DNA of 64,000 nt from Octopus sinensis (Eukaryota). The translations under genes and the position numbers were made by a program. The notes under the pieces are model-generated. The model did not search any database, had not been told where the DNA came from, and saw only the letters and a program-made list of their open reading frames with translations. This document shows, piece after piece, positions 1-56,904 of the stretch (positions are counted from its first letter, which is position 1; each line of letters begins with the position of its first letter). The DNA lies in contig NC_043016.1 of the NCBI RefSeq assembly GCF_006345805.1, forward strand, positions 22,940,001-23,004,000. The letters run 5' to 3'.

Positions 1-690
1 GTTGTTGCTACTGTTGACAATGATGAAATTGCGGATTATGAATTATGACAACAACAACGATGATGATGATGATGATGATGATGATGAAAGTGATGATAGC
101 AGTGACAGTGGTGGTGGTGGCGGTGGTGGTATTAGTGGTGGTGATGATGACGATGATGATGATGATAGAGAAGGAGGTGGAGATTGGTGATGATGATGAT
201 GAAGGAGGTGATGGTGGTTGTGGGAGTGATGGTGGGGATGAGGGTGATGATGATGATGATGATGATGATACTATATTGTTGAGCTGTGATAAGCTCTTGG
301 CAAATTGACTCTGTGACCTGGTTTTGATGAGCTTCTTTGCCCTCCTTTTTCCATTAATTCCCACTGGCATTTCGTTTGCAATTTGTATCAAATGCTGCTG
401 TTGTAATAGGTAAAAGGCATGAACATTGCTTAATCTTGTTTCCTCTCTTTCACCTCCCCATTACTAACATAGGTCCTTGCAATTTTTTAAAAATGAATCA
501 CTGTCTCCATTACCAAAACCTCCAATGCCATCACCACTGCCACCACCACCACCACCACCACCATCATCAGCATTATTGTCCCCTTTATCATTATGAAATT
601 TTTACAATTATCATCACCATCTCAATCATCATTATTATCACTGCAGTTATCCTCCTCCTCCTCCTCCTCCTCCTCCTCATCATCATCATC
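1..690. repeat. Trinucleotide microsatellite cluster (GAT/GGT/CAC/CAT/CTC)
   Basis: Directly visible; the source of the homopolymeric ORFs. Confidence 0.95.
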
Positions 691-1299
691 TTCATCTTCA
701 CACCATTAACACTGTCTTCCTTCTTGACTATTTGTGGATCAAAGGAAGCATGCAACGTCAACTATATAGCACATGTGGTGCACCTTGGCCATCACCACTC
801 AGTCTGTTATGCTCTAGCACCTGATCTGTTTGGATTGAGAAATCCCAGAGGATTTTGCTATAGTCTCCACCTCTGTCACTCCCTGTGGTTTGTGCTCATA
901 CCATGCTTGCCTCTCTCTAGTCCCACTTTTTGCAGTTTCCAATGTAGCACTGTCGTTACCTGGTTGTGTCACCACAACTTGTAGTGGTTTTTGGCAAGTC
1001 TAGGGAATAAGTTTGTGATACAGGCAATGGTTTCAGAAAACTGTCCCTGTTCTCACTGCAGACGATACACACACACACAGCATTACAAACACAGCCCGCA
1101 CACCTACTTTCGCATTTCATGACTACCGTTGGGATCGATCAGATACTGGGCAACAACAACAACACCAATAATAATCCTTTCTACTATAGGTACAAGGACT
1201 GAAATTTTGGGAGAGGGAGCTAGCTGATTACATTGACCCCAGTCTTTCACTGGTACTTGATTTCGTCGGGCATGCTAACAATTCTGCCAGCTTGCTGCC

Positions 1300-1335
<36 letters not shown>

Positions 1336-2186
1336 GTTTTAAATTTTGCCACAAGGCCAGCAATTTTGGGAAAAGGGGAAAGTTGATTATATTGAACCCA
1401 GTGTTCAACTGGTACTTATTTTATCAATCCCATAAAAATGAAAAGCAAAGTCAGTCTCAGCAGAATTTGAACTCAGGGTGTAAAGATGAAGGAAATACCA
1501 CTAGGTATTTTGCCTGGCCTGCTAACAATTCTGCCAGCTTAGTACTAAGCAGGAAACAAAAATAAATCATAGTACAAACTGATTAGTGCAAGATTCAAAG
1601 ATGAAACTGAAAGTTCTGGAACAAATACTGTAAGGCATTGTTTCCTGGCACTGTAGCAATTCTACCAGTGTCCTACCTCAGATGATGCTGATGGTGTTGA
1701 TGGTAATAGGAATATGAATTGCTGCTGACTGTCTAACTACTCCCCACAGACTAACATTCTGTCTAAAGAGCCATTTGTAAAGGTCCACTTTAACACAACA
1801 CCTCGACATTGTCATCATCATCATCTCATGTGTATCCATTTTCCATGAGTTGGGTGGTTTGACAGGAGTTGGAAAGCCCAAGGTCTGCACTAAGCTTTAT
1901 TCCCTGCTTTGGCATGTTTTCTATGGATGGATGTCGTTCCTAACACAAACAATTTTACAGAGTGTATTGGGTGCTTTTATATAGCACCAACATCAGTGAG
2001 GTCACCAGGTAACTTGCAAGACAAGACCCTTCAGCTGTAGTAGTAAGTGGGGTGGCTTTATGCCAGATGTTGAGAGGTTAAACTATGATAGAGGGACAGG
2101 AACATGTCTTGCTGTATGAGAAGTACATGGCTACCCCAACTGGAAAAGAATGTATATAAAATAATTCTTTGTTTCTTCTTAAACAG

Positions 2187-45663
<43,477 letters not shown>

Positions 45664-46252
45664 GTACGTTCCTTTTTTTTTTCTCACCTTATTCACTCTT
45701 TCACATCTAACCATTTTTCATGTTGTTATGATGAGATAATTTTATTGTTTCCAAAAATTGGAAAATTGTATTATATTGCCGTAAAAATTATTAGTTTTTC
45801 TTAAACAACTAAATACCATTTAGCACCAGATCTGTCCTGATCCAGCAAATCTGAATTGAAAGTTATTCCATCCATGATCTTTGCATTTTTTTACTGTTTT
45901 GTTATTTATGTCCAGGTCAACCCTGTTCAATAAAGCCTGCATTCTGTGATTACAAGCATCCCAACTATGAACATCTAGTCTTTTTCCAAGCATTATGTAT
46001 CATGTGCTTTATTGCTTGTTTTCATCATCATCATTTAAACGTTTCTATACCTACATAGATCAGAGTTTATTGAGGTAGATTTCCCATGGCCTGATGCCTT
46101 TCTTGTAGTTAACTCTTAGCTGTTTCCAAGCAAGGTAATATTTCCTCATGGCCCAATATGATTTTGCAGACTATTAGAATGAATGACATTCATTTACAAC
46201 AATCAGGCGATGTCAAGACAAGGAGACACACTCACACACATACATATGTATT

Positions 46253-46311
<59 letters not shown>

Positions 46312-47134
46312 TTTCTTCTCAGAAATACCCTTTATTCAGTCACACTTTCTCTTTCTTAAATGTGAGTGGCCATGTGAGTGGCCTCTACAGCAAGAACCTT
46401 CTCTACTCCAACCTCTTGCTTCATACCTTAACCCCCCATCTAACATAGAAGAAAAAACATCCTTTCCCCTGGATTGTGAGCTGCATGGTGACCTCAATAG
46501 TGGGAATGGTACGAGAAAGGCACCAGTCAGGTGGTTAGCCTTTTGAAGGGAATCCTGTTGTAGAAACAATGCCAAGCAGACACTAGAGTATGATGGAGAT
46601 CTGGTCTCATTAGATCTTTGTCAAACTGCCCCACCCTGCCAGGAAAGGAAGATGGACATAAAATGATGATGATAACGATGAATATATATAATACATATAT
46701 ATATATATATATATAATATATAATATATATAATAATATATATAATGTATATATGTTATATATGTATTAGATATGTTGTATATATATAGATGTATATATAT
46801 AGAGATGTGTGTATATATATTATGATATATATATATATAGATATATAGATGGATATATATATATATATATAATATATATATATATATATGTATACATATA
46901 TGTAGATACATATATGTATACATATATATATACATATATATAATATATATATATAGATATATATATAGTATCTATATATAATACATATATAGATATATAT
47001 ATATGTATGATATATATATATATATGTATATACATATATATATACATATATGATATATATATATATACATATATATATATATGTATATATAATATGTATA
47101 TACATATATATAGATATATATATATATAGGTAGA

Positions 47135-47234
47135 NNNNNNNNNNNNNNNNNNNNNNNNNNNNNNNNNNNNNNNNNNNNNNNNNNNNNNNNNNNNNNNNNN
47201 NNNNNNNNNNNNNNNNNNNNNNNNNNNNNNNNNN
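47135..47234. other. Assembly gap (100 N)
   Basis: Exactly 100 Ns, a typical placeholder for a gap of unknown size. Confidence 0.99.
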
Positions 47235-47312
47235 TACATATACACATATATATTATATATATATATATATATATAATATATATATATATATACATACTAA
47301 TATATACATATG

Positions 47313-47642
47313 TGAAGGTGCATGGCTCAGTGGTTAGAGCGTCCAGCTTACGATCGTGAGGTTTTGAGTTCGAATAGCGAACCGGGCCGTGTGTTGTGTT
47401 CTTGAGCAAGACACTTTATTTCACGTTGCTCCAGTTCACTCAGCTGTAGAATTGAATTGCGACATCACTGGTGCCAAGCTGTATCAGTCTTTGCCTTTCC
47501 CTTGGATAACAATGGTGGCGTGGAGAGGGGAGACAGGTATGCATGGGCGACTGCTGGTCTTCCATAAACAACTTGCTCGGACTTGTACCCGGGAGGGTAA
47601 CTTTCTAGGTGCAATTCCATGGTCATTCATGACCGAAGGGTG

Positions 47643-47645
<3 letters not shown>
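47313..47645 (+). mobile_element. tRNA-derived CORE-like SINE (related fragment at about 7200-7350, minus strand)
   Basis: TGGCTCAGTGGTTAGAGC A box, GAGTTCGAAT B box, CTTGAGCAAGACACTTTATTTCACGTTGCTCCAGTTCACTCAGCTG CORE-like block. Confidence 0.75.
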
Positions 47646-47712
<67 letters not shown>

Positions 47713-47870
47713 TATATATATATTAATATATATATATATGCATACATACATATGCAATATATAATATATATATAATATACATATATATACATACATACAT
47801 ATACATACATACATATACATACATACATATACATACATACAGACATACCATACATACATACATACATACA

Positions 47871-47902
<32 letters not shown>

Positions 47903-48164
47903 AAGTTTGAAAATAGAGAGTTTCAATGGACATAAATTAATTTATTCATTATTTAACATTGCCTACAATTGTTTCACCTCACACCCAATTTAAATTACAA
48001 CACATATATAATAATATAAATTTGCATTTTGAGTAGTCTGGGTGGAATATCTTCATGGCAAATGAACATTACAGGGTTTACATTTTGATTTATTTAAAAT
48101 ACTCCAACAGAGTATTATATATAATATATATATATATAATATATATATATATATATGATGATAA

Positions 48165-48202
<38 letters not shown>

Positions 48203-48407
48203 TATAGAGAAGAGAGAGAGATATGATAATATTTATATATATAAGTATATATATATATGTATATATATATATGTATATATATATATATGTATATATATAT
48301 ATGTATATATATATGTATATATATATATTGTATATATATATGTATATTATATATATTATATTATATATGTATATATATAATGTATATATATATATGTTAT
48401 ATATATA

Positions 48408-48454
<47 letters not shown>

Positions 48455-48587
48455 AGTGGTGCTATTAAGTTAGACATGCCTGGCCCAATAATGGCCGAAA
48501 TCTATCAAAGTATCAAAGTATATGTATATATATATATGAATGATAATATATATTATATATGTGTGTGTGGTGTGTGTGTATAATATA

Positions 48588-49829
48588 TACAGGGGTTGTA
48601 CAAAACAATGGAAACATCTGACATCATAGCATTATGATTCGGAAATAGCTAGTTTATTTTTATGTTTTTGATTTATCATTAGTGTTGCTTAACATGTTTT
48701 GCTAAAACTGCTCTTTCTTTTCAGATATCATAAAGAAAGGTAATAAAAATTCATTAAAATGACAGATCTATCGGACTTCCAAAGAGGTCAAATTGTTGGT
48801 GCTCGTATGATAGGTGCTAGCGTAACGAAAACAGCTGAAATGTTTGGTGTATCAAGAAGTATTGTCTCGAAAGTAATGACAGCCTTAGAGAAAGAGGGAA
48901 AAACCTCCTCGTCGAAACAAAACTCCCGCAGAAAACCAAAACTTTCAGATAGGGACCATCGGACTCTACGCGAGTTGCTAGAAAGGGTCACAAAAGTACA
49001 GCTCCCAAAATTACTACAAAACTAAATGACCACCTCGAGAACCCAGTTTCTACAAAAACTGTTCGCCGGGAGCTGCACAAAGCCGGATTTCACGGGAGAG
49101 GTGCAATCAGACAACCACTACTTTCAAAAACAAACGTTGCAAAGCGTTTAGAGTGGAGTAAAAACCTAGAGCAGGGGAAGAATGTTATTTTTTCGGACGA
49201 GTCATCTTTTACCTTATTTCCGGCGACCAGCCGAGTATACGTTTGGAGACAGCCAAAAGAAGAATTTGACCTTCACTGCCTTCTTCCAACTGTTAAACAT
49301 GGAGGAGGATCTGTGATGATCTGGTGAGGGGGCTATATCTTGAAAATCCGCCGGCCCAATGGTTTCCCTTCATGGCAGAATTAATAGTCAAGACTATTTA
49401 AGCATTTTATCTTATCAAATTCATCCTATGGTTGCAGAACTGTTTCCGAAGAGAAACAGAATCTTTCAGGATGATAATGCACCAATTTACGCAGCTAAAG
49501 TTACTGAATGGCAGAAGGAACATTCTAGTGAAGTTAAACATCTTATCTGGCCACTAAAGCCCCCAGATCTCAATGTTATTGAACACTTATGGTGCATTTC
49601 AGAAAAACAAGTAAGGAGTCGATATCCTCTACCATCATCACTACAAAAACTGGAGACTGTTTTGGCTGAAGAATGAACAAAAATTCCTTTGGAAACAATG
49701 CAAACGTTGTACGAGTCCATTCCTCGTAGAATTCAAGCGGTAATTACTACCAAAGGCGGTCCTACCCCATATCAAAATAAATTTGTCTGAAATTTTAAGG
49801 TGTTTCCGTTATTTTGTCCAACCCATGCA
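48588..49829 (+). mobile_element. Near full-length Tc1 (DD34E) element, transposase pseudogene
   Basis: TIRs CAGGGGTTGTACAAAACAATGGAAACATC and GGTGTTTCCGTTATTTTGTCCAACCCATG. ORFs 48759 (MTDLSDFQRGQIVGAR HTH) and 49359 (FQDDNAP, PDLNVIEHLW), plus FSDES near 49190 and a GGPTPY end; contains frameshifts and stops. Confidence 0.92.
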
Positions 49830-50421
49830 CATATGTAATATGATTTTATATTCAGATGTGCACCTTGTAGTAGGCTTTTTAAAGCCCGTTCACAGTATTC
49901 GGCTACCTGACATCAACAATAGTATGGAGGCATATGCCACTGGATTTACTTCAGTAACTCTTTTGTAGTCGTAGAATTTATACGAAATATGTGAGGAAGC
50001 GGAATTCATGAGACTCTTTATTCAGGGGAATCCTTATGCATTTTATAGGGTAAAGAGAACCTAATAAACAGAAGCATCGAAAGGCTAATAAGATGTAACC
50101 ATAGGTTTAAGTACACATTTGTACAATATAATAGGAACGATTAATTAATCTTTGTGGCTGTCTATAGTCAACAAGCTTAATCATTCTTCCTGTTTGCAAA
50201 CACTGATATAACTATGAACTAGAAGTACTGTGTTTATTTTACAGAACCCACTAAAATAATGTGTTTGTAGTTTGTAGGTATTTGTATGTGTGCATAATTA
50301 CATATGCATGTCATTATATGTGAGTACAGTATATAACTCTTTGTATATACGGCTATCTGTATGTACACACACACACACACACACACCACACACACACACA
50401 CACACATACACACACACACAC

Positions 50422-50747
50422 ATGGCCCAGTGGTTAGGGCATTGGATTCGCGGTTTCGATTCACAGACCAGGCGTTGTGAGTGTTTATTGAGCGAAAACA
50501 CCTAAAGCTCCAAGACGCTCCGGCAGGGGATGGAGGCGAGCCCTGCTGTACTCCTTCACCACAACTTTCTCACACTCAAAGGTCCAGCCTTGTCACACTT
50601 TGTGTCACGCTGAATCTCCCCGAGAACTACGTTAAGGGTACACGTGTCTGTCGAGTGCTCAGCCATTTGCACGTTAATTTCACGAGCAGGCTGTTCCGCT
50701 GATCGGATCAACTGGAACCCTCGTCGTCGTGACCGACGGAGTGCCGC
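50422..50747 (+). mobile_element. SINE with the family D head but a different 3' tail
   Basis: Head homologous to 30001-30306; tail ends GGAACCCTCGTCGTCGTGACCGACGGAGTGCC. Confidence 0.8.
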
Positions 50748-51067
50748 ATCGATATATGTATGTATATATATATATTGTTACGAAATCCACCTGCCGTCGC
50801 TCAAACTCTTCGGGAAAACCCGGGACCCTACTAAGTCGACCGACGACGATTTACCGGCCCGATCGATCGAAGAATTCGCCACGGACTCAGGGAGAGAGTG
50901 AATTCGGGGGTAGGGAAGGCGGCAGCGAACACGGCAACCGGCGACCGGAGATACCAACAACAACAGTAGGAAGAGACACAAAGAGAGACACGGCGGAAGG
51001 CAATTTGGCTTACATTTAACAACAGTTATACAATTATACAACAAATCAAATAAATCAAAGATACATC

Positions 51068-51069
<2 letters not shown>

Positions 51070-51162
<93 letters not shown>

Positions 51163-51399
51163 TAATATATATATTTATATATATATAAATATATATTTAT
51201 ATATATATAAATATATATATTATATATATATAAATATATATATATTTATATATATATAAAATATTAATTATTTATATATATAAATATATATATTTATTAT
51301 ATAATATATATATATTAATATATATAAATATATATATTTATATATATATAAATATATATATTTATATATATATAATATATATATTATATATATATAAAT

Positions 51400-51433
<34 letters not shown>

Positions 51434-51731
51434 AAATATATATATATAAATATATATATATATAAAATATATATATATATATATATAAATATAATATATA
51501 TAAATAATATATTTATACATATATAAATATATATATATAAATATATAATATTATATTATATAAAATATATATATATAAAATATATATAAATATATATATT
51601 ATATATATATATATAAATATATATATATATAAATATATATATATATAAATATAATATAAATATATATATATTATATATATAAATATTATAATATATATAA
51701 ATATATATATTAAATATATATATATATATAA

Positions 51732-51813
<82 letters not shown>

Positions 51814-51830
51814 AATATATATATATATAA

Positions 51831-51902
<72 letters not shown>

Positions 51903-51989
51903 ATATATATATATATATAAATTATTATATATATAAATATATATATATATAAAATATATTATATATAAATATATAATAAATATATATAT

Positions 51990-52057
<68 letters not shown>

Positions 52058-52095
52058 ATATAATATATATATATATATATATAAAAATAATATAT

Positions 52096-52130
<35 letters not shown>

Positions 52131-52152
52131 AATATATATATAAATATATATA

Positions 52153-52191
<39 letters not shown>

Positions 52192-52247
52192 AATATATAT
52201 ATAATATATATTATAAATATATAATATATATATAGATAAATATATAT

Positions 52248-52286
<39 letters not shown>

Positions 52287-52297
52287 AATATAGATAT

Positions 52298-52352
<55 letters not shown>

Positions 52353-52369
52353 AATATATATATTATATA

Positions 52370-52460
<91 letters not shown>
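51070..52460. repeat. About 1.4-kb imperfect (AT)n array
   Basis: Directly visible. Confidence 0.97.
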
Positions 52461-52500
52461 TGCATATATATGATAAAAAGATGCATCTTGTGTTGAATAA

Positions 52501-52599
52501 TTCCTTGCTTTTCCTGATGAGAAAGCGGCATAATATACTCCTTATTCCTTCGCAATTAGGAATATGCAGCCTTCGAAACATATGTCGAAAATAAAGGAA
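52501..52599 (+). ncRNA. Type I hammerhead ribozyme, intact core
   Basis: Stem I UUUUC(52509-13)/GAAAA(52587-91), extended by UUCCUU/AAGGAA. Core CUGAUGA 52514-20, long stem II 52521-52574 closed by G-C, GAAA 52575-78, stem III ACA-UA-UGU, cleavage triplet GUC 52584-86. Confidence 0.88.
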
Positions 52600-52829
52600 T
52601 TTTGTTAATTCGTCGTTCAACTCCATTCTTTTATATATTTATATTTTTTAAAAAAACATACAAATTTCCACACGAAAGCACGTAACTTCAAACGTGTCTT
52701 CTCTGATATGAATTTGCTACCCAGGTATCGGTTAACCGAATTATCCATAACAAGATAATTCATTCAACTACTCAAATATATATATATATAAATATAAATA
52801 TAATAAATATATATAAATATATATATTTT

Positions 52830-53085
52830 TTTTCTAGTTTCAGCTCAAAGCTGCGGCCATGCAGATGCACCGCCGTTTTGTGCTACACTGTTATTGCGAC
52901 GAACCTCGTCTAATATGTGGCACTTGGTGAAGAAAGGAGTTTGATACAGCTACTCTCATTTGCACCTCTTGCCGTGAGGTAGGTTCATCTGGGACTCTTG
53001 ACTGGAAGATGTCCAGCTTTGATTTAAAAACCGCTACATCTACTTTGTGCAAGTTCCTCAGACTCTTTGGGAGAATATTAAAAAG
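52830..53085 (-). mobile_element. CR1/L2-group LINE 3' end, second copy
   Basis: ORF 52891 shares LFNILPK.LR.LH...PDEPTSRQEVQMR with the 54685 copy; same tail. Confidence 0.85.
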
Positions 53086-54684
53086 CAATATATATATATT
53101 GATAAAAACGGTAAGATAACAAAAGAAAGAAAGAGACCTCGATATTATGTAAATAGAGGAATTCATCTGTAAATGTGACAATTATTCGGTAGCCAAGATA
53201 AAACACCGAGTTTTAAATATGTTATAAATACGGGCAAAAGAAAAGATTTCTGTGCCAATATGCTGAGAAAGAGACTTTAAATCGTCAATCACCACATACA
53301 ATATATATCACTATATATTGTATGTGGTGATTGACGATTTAAAGTCTATTTCCCAGCATATTGGCATGGAATTTTTTTCTTTTGCCCGTATTTATAATTG
53401 TTTATAATATTCACCTTAAAAAGTATTTTAATATACTGGCCACTTGATGAAATTCTTTTTGAAAAAATTTTATCTTATATTAGAAGTATGTAATATATAT
53501 ATATATATATATATGCATCAGGTTTCTTTCACTTTTTGTCTACCAAATCCACTCTCAAGACTTTGGTCAGCCCAAAACTATAGTTGAAGACTGTTGTGGC
53601 GGACACCCCAGATGGGAAATAAGCTGGTCCACTAATAACAAATAGTGGAAAGACTCAGTAAGTAGTGTAAGACACCCAGGTGTGCCGGGGCCAGTCTCGC
53701 AGAGACGATGAAATACGTCATCCCTATATGGGACATATAAGTGGCAACGAGGACCCGTAGCACACGCAGCCACTGATGTGTAATAGTGGGACATAGTGTT
53801 AATGAGAAAACCTTCAACTGTATAACGGTGTCATTATAACAGTGGTAACGAGGTTACGGACCCTCACAGGAATGTCGAAATGGAAGACCGACATTCAAGA
53901 ACAATGAAAGTTTGACGGATTCAAACTGCTAACACAGAATTGAACTACACATGGTGAAAAATAATCTACACACAGTAAAAAAAAAAAGATTCGGAAGAAA
54001 AATATCTGATAAAACTCGAACTCTAACACAGAACTAAATTACACACAGTGAAAAATAATAAAGTTCGTTCGAAGGACTTCGGTCAGATTGCTATTCATAA
54101 TAGCGCTAGCAGTAATAATGTAGACTGCTACTATTTGCGGCATTGTGAAGAGAAAAATCATTCTGTGTGGAACAAAAAAAAATATTAATAATTGCCGATT
54201 GGTATGTATCGGAGAACTCTATGAAATGATGAATTTCTCTGTGATAAGAAATTGAAAAAATATTTTGTTATTCTGTGTATGCATAAAGTTGAAAAAAATT
54301 ATAATTGCCGATAGGTGTATATCGGAGAACGTTATGTAATAATTAATTTCTCTGTGATAAGAAATTGAAGAAAAAAAATTTTTTGTGTGAATTATCGATA
54401 TGTGTATTGGAATGCTGTGTAAATTTTGGAAAAGAAAAAGAAATATAGTTCTGTATGGAACAAAAAATAATTTTGGTTAGAAGAAGAAAAAATAATAAAA
54501 TGAAAGAGAATTAACCTTAAATATAAAGTGAATGATACTAGAAGACTTCAAACGTAAGTTGACATTGAAAATGAACCATTTGCTAAGAAAGATAAAATGT
54601 ATGAAGAAAACACAATTCATTTTGTGATTGAGGATACTAAACGTGTTGAAAGAGGGGAAAAAATGTCTGTGTGTATATTTCATG

Positions 54685-55410
54685 TGCATGTTGCTAAATT
54701 GGCAATGAAATGTAGGCGGCTGACCGGATGGATTCTTAGAACCTTCAGGACAAGAGACCAGGAAACCATGATGGTCCTCTGGAGGACACTTGTCCTAAGC
54801 CACTTTGACTATTGCTCTCAGCTATGGTCACCATCCAGTGTCAAGTTAATCACAGAACTTGAGGCGATCCAACGAAGCTACACGAAGAAGATAGCCTCTG
54901 TGCAGCATATAAGCTATTGGGAAAGACTCAAGAGATTGAGACTCTATTCCTTAGAGCGTAGGCGAGAAAGATATGCCATAATATACATCTGGAAGATCCT
55001 AGAAGGACTTGTCCCAAACTTTGGCATCGAGAGTTACACAAATGCCAGAACTGGGCGCCACTGCATAGTGCCAAGGACTCCAAATTTGCCATCAAGATGT
55101 AGGACAAGATACTGTGATAGCCTGGGCTTCCGAGGCCCACAGTTCTTCAATATCCTCCCGAAGAACCTAAGAGACCTGCATGGGGTGAATGCAGATGTCT
55201 TTAAAATGAAACTGGATCTCTTCTTGTCAGGTATCCCAGATGAACCAACTTCACGGCAGGAGGTGCAGATGAGGGCAGCTGCATCGAACTCTCTCGTGCA
55301 CCAAATGGCAATTGCTAAAAAGCATTTGTGAAGTAAAATCATGTAGCAACACCAAATGGCGGTGCCCCAGCATGGCCACAGCTAGTGAGCTGAAACTAGA
55401 CAAATAAATA
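54685..55410 (+). mobile_element. CR1/L2-group LINE 3' end
   Basis: ORF 54597 (GWILRTFRTRD...DYCSQLWSP...LEAIQRSYTKKI...YWERLKRLRLYSLERRRER) followed by a 3' UTR tail and AAAT repeats. Confidence 0.88.
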
Positions 55411-56111
55411 AATATAAAAATATATATATTTATATTTTTGCGTGTCTTCCTTCAAGGCAGATAATATATCATGTTCTTCATTTTCAGCAGTTTCAAATGA
55501 AATATGTTTAATGACAATTAAGAAAACATGCACCTAGATCCATACTTAAGAGTTATGGTATGTTTTCTTTTATTTAGTGTTAATTTCGGTCGATAACCTT
55601 CCTCGAGTTGTCTAGTTAAGTCAAGTCGGTAATATTTCATCTCTCCATTAATCTCAGTTTCCCCAATGAGATCGTTTCCATTCATGTATACACGGGGATT
55701 TGCACCAGTTTTCATATCTGACCATTTTACTGTCTGCTTGGATGGGAAGATACTAGTTACATCATCAAATGAATAATAAGCATGGGCAGCCATCACAGAG
55801 ATCTTTTAATGAGCTTTAGTCTTTTCGAACGTAATTGTCTTGGAAGGCACTTCTCATCAAGACTGTCCAAAGCACCACCAAGATCAAGCGACCATGGAAC
55901 GCCTTATATATAATATAGATGCATATACATGTATATGAGTGGATGGCATATAGCTCATTCCTATGTGTCCGTGTATCTGTATGCATGTATGTATGTATGT
56001 ATGTATCGATTACATATGTATGCGTGTATATGTGTGTAGATATCTGTACATGTTTGTGTGTATATGTACACATATAGATGCGTGTTGTTTCAGTGCATAT
56101 GTGCGCGTAGG

Positions 56112-56181
<70 letters not shown>

Positions 56182-56904
56182 TATATATATATAGAGAGAG
56201 AGAGATGCATATAAGTATGTGTATGTGTGTATGTGTATCTATATTCGCAAAGGTGGGTATGTGCATCTATGTGTGTATATATATGTGCATGTGTTTATGC
56301 ATGTGTGTATACTAGACGATAACAGTTCTTGGGATTTCTCAACCCAGAGTTCTGGTTGAAAAGGATGACACACTATAAGTCCGTCCGACGATTGTACTAT
56401 CAAGTATGAAACTTAGTAGCTCACCTATAAATGCTGTGTAGGTGAGCTACTATCTTAAATCACACACACACACACACACATATATTAATATATATATATA
56501 TTATATATATATAGATAAGAAATTGACCATTATAGCGTGCACAATTGATTCAATTACTATTTTAATTTTGGGCAGCTAATTAAGCGTTTTGCTTTTAAAT
56601 CTGAAAAATTGGGGTGAGGGATGGAATCGAGAGTGAAAACAGAAATCCAATCGGAATTTCGTATCGATTTAGTTTTTTAAAAGTTGTTTCTACTTCTGTT
56701 AGCTTCATGAGATTTGATAAAAAATTGATTTGATTATTCTCGAGTTGATTTGATTATCAGTTTTTTTTTACACGTATTGATAAGTTTTCTAATTTTGTTT
56801 TTATTACCAGAAACAAATTCCCTATCCCCACCCTAACTTTAAAAAAAATAGAAGGAAAAGAAAATCGAAATTCATCGGGAATGGCTGTGTGGTAAGAAGC
56901 TTGC

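Larger units (their letters stand above)
46680..48560. repeat. (AT)n/(ATAC)n arrays flanking the gap
   Basis: Directly visible; interrupted by the SINE at 47313. Confidence 0.95.

Noticed and set aside
2-984. Long ORFs rich in D/G/H/I/L runs
   Set aside because: They are translations of trinucleotide microsatellites, with no splice-compatible link to the gene.
46621-48583. YI/IY and CV/TH repeat ORFs here and throughout
   Set aside because: They are (AT)n, (GT)n and (AC)n artefacts.
50026-50090. Candidate last exon of the AtuA-like gene (GNPYAF.. or GKENL..)
   Set aside because: It has AG-GG starts but no Q.LLD similarity, and stops come early.
50765-51060. GC-rich ORFs 50644-51044
   Set aside because: No domain similarity; the block begins TGTTAC like an LTR end and is more likely a truncated LTR.
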